This document shows, piece by piece, positions 1 through 8,907 of a DNA stretch of 64,000 nucleotides. This stretch comes from Thermoanaerobaculia bacterium. Its GTDB lineage: Bacteria > Acidobacteriota > Thermoanaerobaculia > Thermoanaerobaculales > Sulfomarinibacteraceae. The notes under the pieces were generated by a model that worked only from the letters and a program-made list of their open reading frames with translations, had not been told where the DNA came from and did no database searches. Position numbers and translations under genes: made by a program. Position 1 is the stretch's first letter. Every line of letters begins with the position of its first letter. The DNA lies in NCBI GenBank assembly GCA_027061805.1, contig JAMOWA010000018.1:128042-192041 (forward strand), given 5' to 3'.

Positions 1-770
1 CCTCGGCCGCGGGCGTCCTGGGGGCGGGCCTCCTGGGGATCCCCTGGGTGCTCCAGGAGCAGAACGCCGTCCCCGGCTGGACCAACCGGTCACTGGCGCC
101 CTGGGCGGACCTCGTCTGCTGTGGCTTCGCCGACGCCGTGGACGCCTTCCCCTCCCTCCACGCCGAATGGACCGGGAACCCGGTCCGCGCCCAGTTCTTC
201 GAGATCGGCCCGGTGGAACCCGCCACCCCCCGGCGCCTCCTGGTGCTGGGCGGCAGCCAGGGCTCCCTGTTCATCAACCGCATCGTCCCCAGGGCCCTGG
301 CACTGCTCCAGGGCACGGGCGTGGCACCCGTGGTTCGCCACCAGGCCGGTGTGCGGTGGGCCGAGGTGGTCCGGACCGCCTACTCGGACCTGGGCCTCGT
401 GGCCGAGGTGACGGCCTTCCTGGCGGAGCCCTGGACCGCCCTGGCCGAGGCCGACCTCGTGGTGGCACGCTCGGGCGCCCTCACCGTGGCGGAGCTGGCC
501 GCGGCGGGCCGGCCCTCCCTGCTGATCCCCTTCGCCGCCGCCGCCGGGAACCACCAGGAGCACAACGCCCGGGCCCTGGAGCGGGCGGGAGGCGCGATGG
601 TGCTCACCGAGGCCGAGGCGACACCCGACGCCGTCGCCCGCTCGCTGGAGTCGCTCCTCCGCGACCCCGGTCTCCTGGAGGAGATGGGGGCCAGGGCCCG
701 TACGGTGGGCCTGCCCGGCGCCGCGGGCCGCATCGCGCGGCGCGTGCTCGAGGTGGGGGGGTGCCCATGA
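1..770 (+). CDS. murG: MurG glycosyltransferase, C-terminal part (5' end lies outside the window)
   Basis: Frame 3 is open from the window edge. EQNAVPGWTNR, GGSQGS and AGNHQEHNARALERAGGA motifs match the MurG C-terminal half. Its stop overlaps the murC start (ATGA at 767-770). Confidence 0.85.
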   Translation, partial: SAAGVLGAGLLGIPWVLQEQNAVPGWTNRSLAPWADLVCCGFADAVDAFPSLHAEWTGNPVRAQFFEIGPVEPATPRRLLVLGGSQGSLFINRIVPRALALLQGTGVAPVVRHQAGVRWAEVVRTAYSDLGLVAEVTAFLAEPWTALAEADLVVARSGALTVAELAAAGRPSLLIPFAAAAGNHQEHNARALERAGGAMVLTEAEATPDAVARSLESLLRDPGLLEEMGARARTVGLPGAAGRIARRVLEVGGCP

Positions 771-2137
771 GGCTGGGACGCATCGAGCACCTCCACTTCA
801 TGGGTGTGGGCGGCGTGGGCATGTGCGCCCTGGCCGAGCTCCTCTCCGGCGAGGGGCGGACGGTGACGGGCTGCGACGTCCGGCCCTCGGAGCGGACGCG
901 GCTCCTCGCGGACCGGGGCGTGGAGGTCCACGAGGGCCACGACCCCCGGCACGTGGAGGACGCCCAGGCCCTGGTGATCACCGCCGCCGTGGACGGGAAC
1001 CACGCGGAGGTGGAGGCCGCCCGGCAGCGGGGGATCCCGGTGGTGCGGAGGGCCACCCTCCTGGCCGAGGTCATGCGCGGGCACATCGGGGTGGCCGTGG
1101 CCGGCACCCACGGCAAGACCACCACCACGTCCCTCCTGGGACACGCCCTGGCGGACTGCGGCCTGGACCCCACCGTGGTGGTGGGGGGGTTCGTCCCGGA
1201 CTTCGGCGGGCATGCCCGCCGCGGCGGCGGGGACCTGATGGTCTGCGAGGCCGACGAGTACGACCGGTCCTTCCTCGAGCTCGCCCCCGCCTGGCTGGTG
1301 GTGACCAACGTGGAGGCCGAGCACCTGGACACCTACGGCGACGCCTCGGAACTGGAGGCGGCCTTCATCGAGCTCGCCGGCCGTGTACCCTTCTACGGCG
1401 CGGTGGTGGCCTGCGCCGACGACCCCGGCGCACTCCGGGTCGCCCGGGCCTCCGGGCGGAGGGTGCTCACCTACGGCACCGGCGACGAGGCCTGGCTCCG
1501 CGCCGTGGACATCGACCCCGCAGGAGCCGGGAGCCGGGCGCGGGTGCTCGTGGGGGGCCGCGAGGTGGGCGAGATCACCGTGCCCATGCCGGGGGAGCAC
1601 AACGTCCGGAACGCTCTGGCCGTGGTGGCCATCGGCCTGGAGCTGGGATGTTCCTTCGCCGACCTGGCGGCCGCCGTGGGGAACTTCGGCGGGATCGAAC
1701 GGCGGTTCCAGGTCCTGGGCGAGCGCGACGGTGTCACCGTGGTGGACGACTACGCCCACCACCCCACCGAGGTGGAGGCGCTGCTGGCGGCCGCCCGCCA
1801 GCGGTTCCCGGGGCGCCGGCTCGTTGTGGTCTTCCAGCCCCACCTCTACACCCGGACCCGGCGGTTCGCCCGGGAGTTCGGCGCCGCGCTGGCTCTCGCG
1901 GACCGGGTCCTCGTGGCGCCCCTCTACCCCGCCAGGGAGACCGCCATCGTCGGCGTGGACGCCTCCCTGGTGGCCCGCGCCGTGGAGCAGGCCGGGGGCC
2001 GGGCGGAGGCGGCCGGAACCCTCGAGGCCGTGGTGGAGCGCCTCGACGGGATCCTCGGGGCCGGGGACGTGCTCCTGACGGTGGGGGCCGGGGACGTGGA
2101 CAGGGTGGGCCGGTGGTGGATTGGAGGTGGAGCGTGA
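767..2137 (+). CDS. murC: UDP-N-acetylmuramate--L-alanine ligase
   Basis: Uses the internal ATG at 767 of track ORF 167..2137. HFMGVGGVGM nucleotide-binding motif and GTHGKTTTTS Mur-ligase P-loop. Sits in dcw context. Confidence 0.9.
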   Translation: MRLGRIEHLHFMGVGGVGMCALAELLSGEGRTVTGCDVRPSERTRLLADRGVEVHEGHDPRHVEDAQALVITAAVDGNHAEVEAARQRGIPVVRRATLLAEVMRGHIGVAVAGTHGKTTTTSLLGHALADCGLDPTVVVGGFVPDFGGHARRGGGDLMVCEADEYDRSFLELAPAWLVVTNVEAEHLDTYGDASELEAAFIELAGRVPFYGAVVACADDPGALRVARASGRRVLTYGTGDEAWLRAVDIDPAGAGSRARVLVGGREVGEITVPMPGEHNVRNALAVVAIGLELGCSFADLAAAVGNFGGIERRFQVLGERDGVTVVDDYAHHPTEVEALLAAARQRFPGRRLVVVFQPHLYTRTRRFAREFGAALALADRVLVAPLYPARETAIVGVDASLVARAVEQAGGRAEAAGTLEAVVERLDGILGAGDVLLTVGAGDVDRVGRWWIGGGA

Positions 2138-2853
2138 GCAGCCTGCCGCCCCCGTTCCCCGCGCGCCTGCGGCCCACCCCCTCGCGCCGGCGGCGCGTGC
2201 GGCGCCGCGTGCTCCTGTTCCTCGGCGTCGTGGCGGCCGTGACGCTCCTCGCCCTCACGTGGCGGGTGGACCGGGTGGTGGTGGAGGCCTGCGACGCCGT
2301 GCCCACCGGTACCATCGTGTCGCTCCAGGCGCTCGAGGGCACGCCCGTGATCCTGCTGTCGCTCGAGAGGATCCGGAACATGCTGGAGATCTGGCCCGGT
2401 GTTGTGGCGGTGGAGGCCCGGCTCGTGCTCCCCGGGACCCTCCGGGTGACCGCCCGGCCCGCCGTCACCGCCGGCAGCCTCCGGTGGGCCCGCGGGTGGC
2501 GCTCCGTCGCCCCGGACGGCAGGGTCGGCGTCCGGCTGCCGGCCCCCGCGGCACCCGAGCTGCTGGGGTTCGAGGCCGAGCCGCAGGAGCTTCGCCTGGG
2601 ACTGGTGGTGGCCCAGCGCTTGGAACGGGCGACCGGGCTCGACGTCCGGAGCGTCCGGAGGATCCTGCCCGACGATCTGGAGGTGGTGTTCGCGGATGGA
2701 GACGAGCGTCCGGCCGGTGCGGTCCACGTGACCCCCGACGGCACCACGGCCGAGACATGGTGGACCGCCCGGCGGCGGGGGGGCACGGCCGCGATCGGCA
2801 CCTGGGCCGACCTCAGGGCCACGGACCGCGTGGTGGCGGGAGGCAGCCGATGA
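2134..2853 (+). CDS. ftsQ: cell division protein FtsQ (POTRA-type)
   Basis: GTG at 2134 overlaps the murC stop (GTGA). Arg-rich N-terminus, then one TM helix (LLFLGVVAAVTLLAL). Lies between murC and ftsA. Confidence 0.7.
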   Translation: MSSLPPPFPARLRPTPSRRRRVRRRVLLFLGVVAAVTLLALTWRVDRVVVEACDAVPTGTIVSLQALEGTPVILLSLERIRNMLEIWPGVVAVEARLVLPGTLRVTARPAVTAGSLRWARGWRSVAPDGRVGVRLPAPAAPELLGFEAEPQELRLGLVVAQRLERATGLDVRSVRRILPDDLEVVFADGDERPAGAVHVTPDGTTAETWWTARRRGGTAAIGTWADLRATDRVVAGGSR

Positions 2854-4094
2854 ACGAGCTGGTCACCCTGGTGGGGATCGACGTGGGCTCGTCCGGTGTC
2901 TCGGTCATCGTGGCCGTGGAGGACGACCAGGGCCGGCTCACCGTCCAGGGATGCGGCCAGGCGGCCCACGACGGCGCCCGGAAGGGCGTGATCTCCGACC
3001 TGGAGCAGGTGTCGTCGGCCGTGCGGCGGGCCGCCGAGGAGGCCGAGGCCATGTCCTCGCTGCCCGTGGAGATTGCCGTGGTTGGGATCGGCGGCACCCC
3101 CATCATGGGGATGCGCTCCACGGCGTCGGTGCCCATCACGGGCCGCGCCCACACCGTCACCGAGGAGGACCGCCGGCGGGCACTCACCGCCTGCGGCCGT
3201 GTGGCCATCCCCGACGACTACCGGGTGCTCGACATCATCCCCTCCGGCTTCGCCGTGGACGGCCAGGGTGGCCTCCAGCGCCCCGTGGGCATGCCCGGGA
3301 GCCGCCTCGACGCCTTCGCCTACGTGCTCTACACCCACATCACCCACGCCGAGACCGTGATCACCGCGGTGAACAGGGCCGCCGTGGAGGTGAGCTCGCT
3401 CGTGTACGAGCCCGTGGCGGCGGCCGAGGCCGTGCTGTCCGACGACGAGCGCGAGCTGGGGTGTCTCCTCCTGGACGTGGGGTACGGCTCCAGCGAGTGG
3501 ATCCTCTTCGCCGATGGTGCCGCGGTGGCCTCCGGTGCCACTCCGGTGGGAGGGCGGGTGTTCACCAGCGACGTGGCGGTGATGGTGAAGACCACCACCA
3601 CGGCGGCGGAACGGGTGAAGCGGGAGGTGGGCGCCGCCGAGGTCCGGCCCGGTGCACAGGGTGGCGGCGTGGAGGTCCCCGCCCTGGGCGACGAGGGCCA
3701 CCACCTGGTGGAACGGGCCTGGGTGGCGCAGATCCTCCGCGACCGGGCCCGGGACCTGTTCGTCAGGGTGCACCGGACGCTCGCCGACGAGGGGCTGGAG
3801 AAGGTGCCCCGCGCCGGCGTGGTGCTCACGGGCGGGGGCTCGCGCCTTGAGGGTATTGAGGAGATTGCACAGGAGATCTTCGGGCTGCGCGTGCGCACCG
3901 GTGCGCCGCGCGCCCTGGCCGGGCTCGTGGAGCCCGTTTCGGGCCCGGAGTGGTCGGTGGCCTGGGGGCTCGTCCTCCAGGAGCACCGGAAACGCCGGGA
4001 AGGTACCGTCATGGGTCCCGAAAACCAGCAGGGTATCGTAGGCTGGTTACGGAGGGCCCTCGGAGAGTTCTTCGAGATAGGAGGTGGATCGTGA
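2850..4094 (+). CDS. ftsA: cell division protein FtsA
   Basis: ATG at 2850 overlaps the ftsQ stop. Actin-like ATPase motifs [21 protein letters not shown] and [12 protein letters not shown]. Confidence 0.9.
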   Translation: MNELVTLVGIDVGSSGVSVIVAVEDDQGRLTVQGCGQAAHDGARKGVISDLEQVSSAVRRAAEEAEAMSSLPVEIAVVGIGGTPIMGMRSTASVPITGRAHTVTEEDRRRALTACGRVAIPDDYRVLDIIPSGFAVDGQGGLQRPVGMPGSRLDAFAYVLYTHITHAETVITAVNRAAVEVSSLVYEPVAAAEAVLSDDERELGCLLLDVGYGSSEWILFADGAAVASGATPVGGRVFTSDVAVMVKTTTTAAERVKREVGAAEVRPGAQGGGVEVPALGDEGHHLVERAWVAQILRDRARDLFVRVHRTLADEGLEKVPRAGVVLTGGGSRLEGIEEIAQEIFGLRVRTGAPRALAGLVEPVSGPEWSVAWGLVLQEHRKRREGTVMGPENQQGIVGWLRRALGEFFEIGGGS

Positions 4095-5290
4095 TCGAGT
4101 TCGACAGGAGAGCGACCAGGGGCGAGGAGGAGTCCGGCGCGGCCGAGGACCAGGGGATGATCCTCCTGGATGACATGACCTCGCCGGCCTGTATCAAGGT
4201 GATCGGCGTGGGTGGCGGAGGCTGCAACTCCATCGACCGCATGATGGCTGCGGGCCTCGGCGGCGTGGAGTTCATCGCCGCCAACACCGACGCCCAGGCG
4301 CTGGGACGGTGCACGGCACCGGTGAAGCTCCAGCTGGGCCCCGAGCTGACCAGGGGCCTGGGAGCCGGGGCGAACCCGGAGGTGGGGCGGAACGCCGCCC
4401 TGGAGGAGACCGGCCGCATCTACGACGTGCTCACGGGTGCGGACATGGTCTTCATCACCTGCGGCATGGGCGGGGGGACCGGGACCGGGGCCGCTCCGGT
4501 GATCGCCCAGATCGCCGCCGAGGTGGACGCCCTGACCGTGGCCGTGGTCACCAAGCCGTTCAGCTTCGAGGGGTCCCGCCGCCGCACCGTGGCCGAGCAA
4601 GGCATCACAGCGCTGGCCGAGCACGTGGACACCCTCATCACCATCCCCAACGACCGGCTGCTGAAGTTCGTGGACCGGACCACCAACTTCACCGAGGCCA
4701 TGCGCATCGCCGACGACGTGCTGCGCCAGGCGGTCCAGGGCATCGCCGACATCATCACGGTGCCCGGCCTGATCAACCGGGACTTCGCCGACGTGAAGAC
4801 GGTGATGAAGGGCATGGGCCACGCCATCATGGGCATCGGCACCGCCTCCGGCGAGCACCGGGCCGTGGAGGCGGCCCAGCAGGCCATCGCCTCGCCCCTC
4901 CTGGAGGAGACCTCCATCCAGGGTGCCCGCGGCGTGCTCATCAACATCACCGGCGGCGAGGAGATCACCCTCACCGAGATCAACGAGGCCGCCGAGATCA
5001 TCACCGAGGGCACCGACCCCAACGCCCAGATCCTCTTCGGCGCGGTGGTCGATCCCAACCTGGACCAGGAGATCAAGGTGACGGTCATCGCCACCGGCTT
5101 CACCACGGAGCAGGAGGGGTCGCAGATCCCCATCGAGGCCCCGGACCTGGGCGCCACGTCGGCCGAGCCGACGGAGCGCACGAGCTCCCGCAGCCGGTTC
5201 TTCGTGCCCGGCGGGCCCAACCCCGAGTACGGCATCAACGTGAGCGACGAGTACGAGATCCCCGCGATCCTGCGGAAGCAGATGGACTGA
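4091..5290 (+). CDS. ftsZ: cell division GTPase FtsZ
   Basis: GTG at 4091 overlaps the ftsA stop and follows GGAGGTGG; ATG 4157 is an alternative start. Tubulin signature [13 protein letters not shown], plus NTDAQAL. Confidence 0.93.
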   Translation: MIEFDRRATRGEEESGAAEDQGMILLDDMTSPACIKVIGVGGGGCNSIDRMMAAGLGGVEFIAANTDAQALGRCTAPVKLQLGPELTRGLGAGANPEVGRNAALEETGRIYDVLTGADMVFITCGMGGGTGTGAAPVIAQIAAEVDALTVAVVTKPFSFEGSRRRTVAEQGITALAEHVDTLITIPNDRLLKFVDRTTNFTEAMRIADDVLRQAVQGIADIITVPGLINRDFADVKTVMKGMGHAIMGIGTASGEHRAVEAAQQAIASPLLEETSIQGARGVLINITGGEEITLTEINEAAEIITEGTDPNAQILFGAVVDPNLDQEIKVTVIATGFTTEQEGSQIPIEAPDLGATSAEPTERTSSRSRFFVPGGPNPEYGINVSDEYEIPAILRKQMD

Positions 5291-5493
5291 GGGGGCGCCC
5301 GGCACCCGCCGGGCCTCCCGGGAGGAACGCCATGCCACGAACCGCGTCCACGCAGCGACGGGCCACGGGAGGGGCGGGGGTGACCCGCTGCCCCGGCCCG
5401 TACCGCGGCGTGGTGCGGTGCGCACCATTCCCTCACCCTCCGGCCGAAGGGAGCCACCTCTGACGGAACGCTGAGGGAACCGTTCTTCCATCC

Positions 5494-5543
5494 GGCGCCA
5501 GGACCGCCGATCCACCTCCCGGCGGCTCCGGCGCCACTTTTTT
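5494..5543 (+). terminator. rho-independent terminator, about 200 nt downstream of the ftsZ stop
   Basis: GGCGCC-agga-CCGCCG / loop atccacctcc / CGGCGG-ctcc-GGCGCC gives a stem of about 16 bp. It is followed by A-CTTTTTTG, the only T6 run after a GC stem in the window. Confidence 0.65.
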
Positions 5544-5547
5544 GTCG

Positions 5548-5721
5548 CCCGGGGCGTGGGGAGGGATCTGCTGCGCGGCGCGATCTCCCCGCCAGGGCCT
5601 TGCTCTTCGCTCTTCGGAGCCTGCGACGTACCCGGGGTACGCCTCGGCTCCTCATCGCTCGAGCTGGCAGCCCTGACGGGAACCTCCCACCGCTCGCGAC
5701 GATCCCTCCCCACCTCCCGGG
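5548..5721. repeat. long-stem hairpin element copy 1 (174 nt)
   Basis: cccggggcgtggggagggatc (5548-5568) pairs with gatccctccccacctcccggg (5701-5721): 21 bp with 1 mismatch and 1 G-T. Internal blocks tgctgcgcgGcgcgat, tgcgacgtaCccgggGtacgcctc and cgctcgcgac are shared with copy 2. Confidence 0.6.
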
Positions 5722-5852
5722 CTCCCATGGAACGCCGGAATGAGGGGGTCGCCCCCCTGGTCTCTCCCAGCGTCCGGGAGCCCCGGACGGCTTCGTCGCG
5801 AACGGCGCGGGATGCCGGGCATGGTGGCGTGCTCGCACCCTCAATTCCCATG

Positions 5853-6032
5853 CGTCCGGGACGGGCGGGAACTCCGTCGCGAGCGCAGCGAGACGGTGCC
5901 GGATTTGCCGGCCCACGCCGGCCGAGCGAGTGAGGCGTAGCCCGGCTACGTCGCAGCGAGCGAGGCCAAGGGGGCCGCAAAGACGGTGCCGTATCGCGGC
6001 GCGCAGCAGGAGGCTCCCGCCCGTCCCGGACG
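5853..6032. repeat. long-stem hairpin element copy 2 (180 nt), inverted relative to copy 1
   Basis: An 18 bp perfect inverted repeat (5853-5870 / 6015-6032) extends to about 23 bp. Read on the minus strand it has the same 53/24/56-nt block spacing and the same three conserved blocks as copy 1. Confidence 0.6.
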
Positions 6033-6036
6033 CCAA

Positions 6037-6164
6037 GGAGCCCGCCATGGAGCCCAGGCGACCTGCGGCACTCGCCGTGATCCTCCTGAGTGCTGCTCCC
6101 TTCCGGGCCTGACACGGTTCGGAGGGCGGCGATGCACAGGGCCCGGACTCCATGCCGGGCTCCC
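6037..6164 (-). ncRNA. ffs: signal recognition particle RNA (small 4.5S type)
   Basis: The minus strand reads GUGUCAGGCCC-GGAA-GGGAGCAGCAC, i.e. the domain IV consensus UCAGGyCC GGAA GGrAGCAGC. Flanks fold into one long hairpin (CCUCCGA/UC-A-GGAGG, UCGCCG/CGGCGA, and a terminal stem of about 23 bp with G-U pairs). Ends are approximate. Confidence 0.8.
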
Positions 6165-6198
6165 ACATCTCACCGGCTCGGCCGGTGTTCCGCGCTGA

Positions 6199-6288
<90 letters not shown>

Positions 6289-6303
6289 GGTCTTCAAGGA
6301 TCG

Positions 6304-6393
6304 TGGCGGAGAGGGTGGGATTCGAACCCACGGACCTCGTGAAAGGTCAACGGTTTTCGAGACCGCCCCGTTCGACCACTCCGGCACCTCTCC
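6304..6393 (-). tRNA. tRNA-Ser (anticodon CGA)
   Basis: 90 nt: GGAGAGG...CCUCUCCGCCA acceptor. Anticodon loop CUCGAAA. Long variable arm. T-arm GUGGGUUCGAAUCCCAC. Confidence 0.9.
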
Positions 6394-6410
6394 GCAACGG
6401 GACGCCGATT

Positions 6411-6893
6411 CTACGCATTTTTCCTCCGTTTGGCAAAGAAGGCGCGCAGCAGCTCCGAGCTCGCCTCCGCCAGGAGGCCTCCACGCTGCGCGAGAGGCGG
6501 GCCGAGACGGGGATCCTCCGCCAGGTCCGCCACGGTGCCGCAGGCCCCCAGCACCGGGTCGGGCGCACCCCACACCACCAGGTCCAGGCGGGCCTGCCGG
6601 CAGGCGGCCACGCACATGGGGCAGGGCTCCAGCGTCACGTAGAGGGTGCACCCCTCCAGGCGCCAGTCCCCCTGGTTCCGGGCCGCCTCCCGGAGGGCCA
6701 GGATCTCCGCGTGGCCTGCGGGGTCGGGCACGCTCTGCCGCCGGTTGCCCGCCCGGGCCACCTCTCGCCGATCGGCATCGACGACCACCGCCCCCACGGG
6801 CACCTCGCCCCGGGCGGCCGCCTCACGGGCCTCCTCGAGGGCGGCTTCCATGAAGCGCCGGTCCTCGTCGTCGAAGAGCCAGTCCTCCGTCAT
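6411..6893 (-). CDS. tadA: tRNA adenosine(34) deaminase
   Basis: ATG at 6893 (the track ORF runs on to 6989). CMP/dCMP-deaminase zinc motifs HAEILAL and PCPMC; 160 aa. Confidence 0.88.
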   Translation of the reverse strand: MTEDWLFDDEDRRFMEAALEEAREAAARGEVPVGAVVVDADRREVARAGNRRQSVPDPAGHAEILALREAARNQGDWRLEGCTLYVTLEPCPMCVAACRQARLDLVVWGAPDPVLGACGTVADLAEDPRLGPPLAQRGGLLAEASSELLRAFFAKRRKNA

Positions 6894-6943
6894 GCCCCCA
6901 GCATACAACCCGGTGGCCCGCCCGTCTGCGCTACCATGCCGGC

Positions 6944-8812
6944 ATGCGCCGTCTCTCCCGCACCCTCGCCGCCGCCCTGCTCCTTCCACTCGCCCTCCTC
7001 CCCGGGTGCCGCTCGGGAGGGCCCGAGGAGGCCGCAGTGCGGCACGCCCGGCGGGTGGTGCTGGTCTCCTACGACGGGGTGGGGGCGGACCTGGCGTGGA
7101 GCTGGCTCGAGGAGGGTGTTCTCTCCGAGCCCGGTGGCGTGGCCGGCATGGCTGCCGCGGGCACCTCGGCCCGGCGGGTCCGCATGGTGAACCCGACGCT
7201 CACCTCGGTGAACCACATCTCCCTGGCCACCGGCGCGCAGCCCGGCTCCACGGGCATCGTCAGCAACTACTTCCACCGGCCCGGACAGAAGATCACCAAC
7301 GGCGTCTCGGGCTTTTCCGCCTCCATCGGGGTCGAGACACTCTGGGAGGCCGTCCGCCGCCAGGGCCGGCGGGTGGGGGTGCTCACCTGGCCCGGCGCCG
7401 ACGGAGCGAACGAACGGCGGCGGGGGGACTTCGGGCTGATCTGGCCCGCCCGCCCCCTGGCGCGTTCGGAAATCCTCGTGCTCGATCCCCACGAGGCCGG
7501 GCACGGCGCGGTGCTGCCCTCCCACGACGAGCTCCCCCCGCTGGTCTGGACGGTCACCCTCCAGCTCGGCGGGGCCGAGCCCGCCGGTGCCCCGTTCACG
7601 GTGACGGTGGTGGACGGCAACCCCGACGGGGTCCGGGCCTACGACACGGTGGCGGTGACACCCCCCGGCGAGGCGTCGCCGACGATCCTCGGCCGGAACG
7701 GTTGGTTCCCCGTGAGCGTCCGGGCCACCGCACCGGGGGACGAGCGTCCCCACCCCTGGGGCGCCTGGTGCAAGGTGCTCCACCTCGACACCCACGCGGG
7801 GACGGTGCGGCTCTACCGGGGCGAGGTCCACCGCGTGCGGGCCTACCCGGACGCCTTCGAACGCCGCCTCGAGGAGGCGGTGGGTTTCTGGCCGGGACCC
7901 CCGGACCGCCACGGGCTCGGAGCGTGGTGGCTGGACGTGACCCGCGGCGTGGACCTGGACACCTTCCTGGAGCAGCTGGAACGGCTGGACCGGTACCTGG
8001 ACCGCGTGGCGGCCTTCGTGGTGGCCAACGAGGACTTCGACCTGCTCATGGCCTACCACCCCACCCCGGACGAGTACGAGCACATCGGCCTCATCGTGGA
8101 CCAGCGCCAGTGGGCCTGGAGCCCGGGCACGGCCCTGGCCGCCGCCGAGGGGCTCCGGCGGGTGGGGCGCTCCCTCGATCGCTCGGTGGCCTCGCTGTGG
8201 CAGGCGCTCGACCCGGAGAGGGACGCCCTGGTGGTGGTCTCGGACCACGGCCTGGTCCCCCTCCACGACGTGGTGAACGTGAACACGGTCCTCGCCGGGG
8301 CGGGCCTCGTGAAGGTGGACGATGGCGGAAAGCGGCCGCGGGCGGCGGCGGACACCCCCATGCTGGCCTTCGCCTCCGGGGGCTGTGCCCACCTCTACCT
8401 GAACCTGGAGGGCCGGGAGCCGGGCGGCGTGGTCCGGCCGGAGGAGGCGCCGGAGCTCCTCCGGCGGGCCGCGAAGGCCCTGGCCGACGTGGTGGTGGAC
8501 GGGGAGCCCGCCATCGAGAGGATCTTCACCCGGGACCAGGCGGTGGAGATCGGGCTCGGCAGCCCCAACGCAGGGGACCTGGTGGTCTTCGCCAGGCCCG
8601 GCTGGACCCTCTCCGGCCGGCTGGGCGGCAAGGCCGTGGAGCCCAGCCGCTACTATGGCCAGCACGGGTACCTGAACACCCACGACGCGCTCTGCGGCAT
8701 CCTCTTCGCCCGGGGAACGGGGGTCCTCCACCGGGAGCTGGGGGAGGTCCCGGCCACCTCCATCGCGCCCATGGTGGCCCACTGGCTCGGCATCGCCCCT
8801 CCGGGCCACTGA
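6944..8812 (+). CDS. lipoprotein of the alkaline phosphatase / nucleotide pyrophosphatase-phosphodiesterase family
   Basis: Lipobox LLPGC. VVLVSYDGVG and NPTLTSVNHISLATGAQPGSTGIVSNYF resemble the type I phosphodiesterase metal/nucleophile region. YGQHGY lies near the C-terminus. Confidence 0.75.
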   Translation: MRRLSRTLAAALLLPLALLPGCRSGGPEEAAVRHARRVVLVSYDGVGADLAWSWLEEGVLSEPGGVAGMAAAGTSARRVRMVNPTLTSVNHISLATGAQPGSTGIVSNYFHRPGQKITNGVSGFSASIGVETLWEAVRRQGRRVGVLTWPGADGANERRRGDFGLIWPARPLARSEILVLDPHEAGHGAVLPSHDELPPLVWTVTLQLGGAEPAGAPFTVTVVDGNPDGVRAYDTVAVTPPGEASPTILGRNGWFPVSVRATAPGDERPHPWGAWCKVLHLDTHAGTVRLYRGEVHRVRAYPDAFERRLEEAVGFWPGPPDRHGLGAWWLDVTRGVDLDTFLEQLERLDRYLDRVAAFVVANEDFDLLMAYHPTPDEYEHIGLIVDQRQWAWSPGTALAAAEGLRRVGRSLDRSVASLWQALDPERDALVVVSDHGLVPLHDVVNVNTVLAGAGLVKVDDGGKRPRAAADTPMLAFASGGCAHLYLNLEGREPGGVVRPEEAPELLRRAAKALADVVVDGEPAIERIFTRDQAVEIGLGSPNAGDLVVFARPGWTLSGRLGGKAVEPSRYYGQHGYLNTHDALCGILFARGTGVLHRELGEVPATSIAPMVAHWLGIAPPGH

Positions 8813-8828
8813 GGCGGCCGCCTCTCCC

Positions 8829-8850
8829 TTCACACCGCCTTTACACCTCC
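8829..8850 (+). promoter_or_regulatory. Pho-box-like pair of 11-nt direct repeats upstream of the porin gene
   Basis: TTCACAccgcc TTTACAcctcc: two hexamers exactly 11 nt apart, 58-79 nt upstream of ATG 8908. A PhoB-type regulator is encoded 1.7 kb downstream. Confidence 0.3.
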
Positions 8851-8907
8851 CTGCCATGGTCGGCTCGAGGCGGCTGCCGAGCCGTCCCCCGGAGGGAGGA
8901 ACGAGAC

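Noticed and set aside
5405-5430. GGTGCGGTGCGCACC, superficially like the RNase P P11/P12 region
   Set aside because: It is a self-complementary palindrome with no loop, and the surrounding RNase P motifs are missing.
5332-5463. 43-codon ORF with a GGGAGGA Shine-Dalgarno sequence downstream of ftsZ
   Set aside because: It has no recognisable motif, lower third-position GC than neighbouring genes and an Arg/Gly/Pro-rich sequence. It is kept only as a question in the findings.
6121-6166. AGTCCGGGC-containing stretch on the minus strand that resembles the RNase P RNA GGAAAGTCCGGGC box
   Set aside because: The other universally conserved RNase P blocks (GGTGCGGTAAGAGCGCACC hairpin, ACAGAACCCGGCTTA) are absent. 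The stretch is fully explained as the 5' arm of the terminal stem of the SRP RNA.
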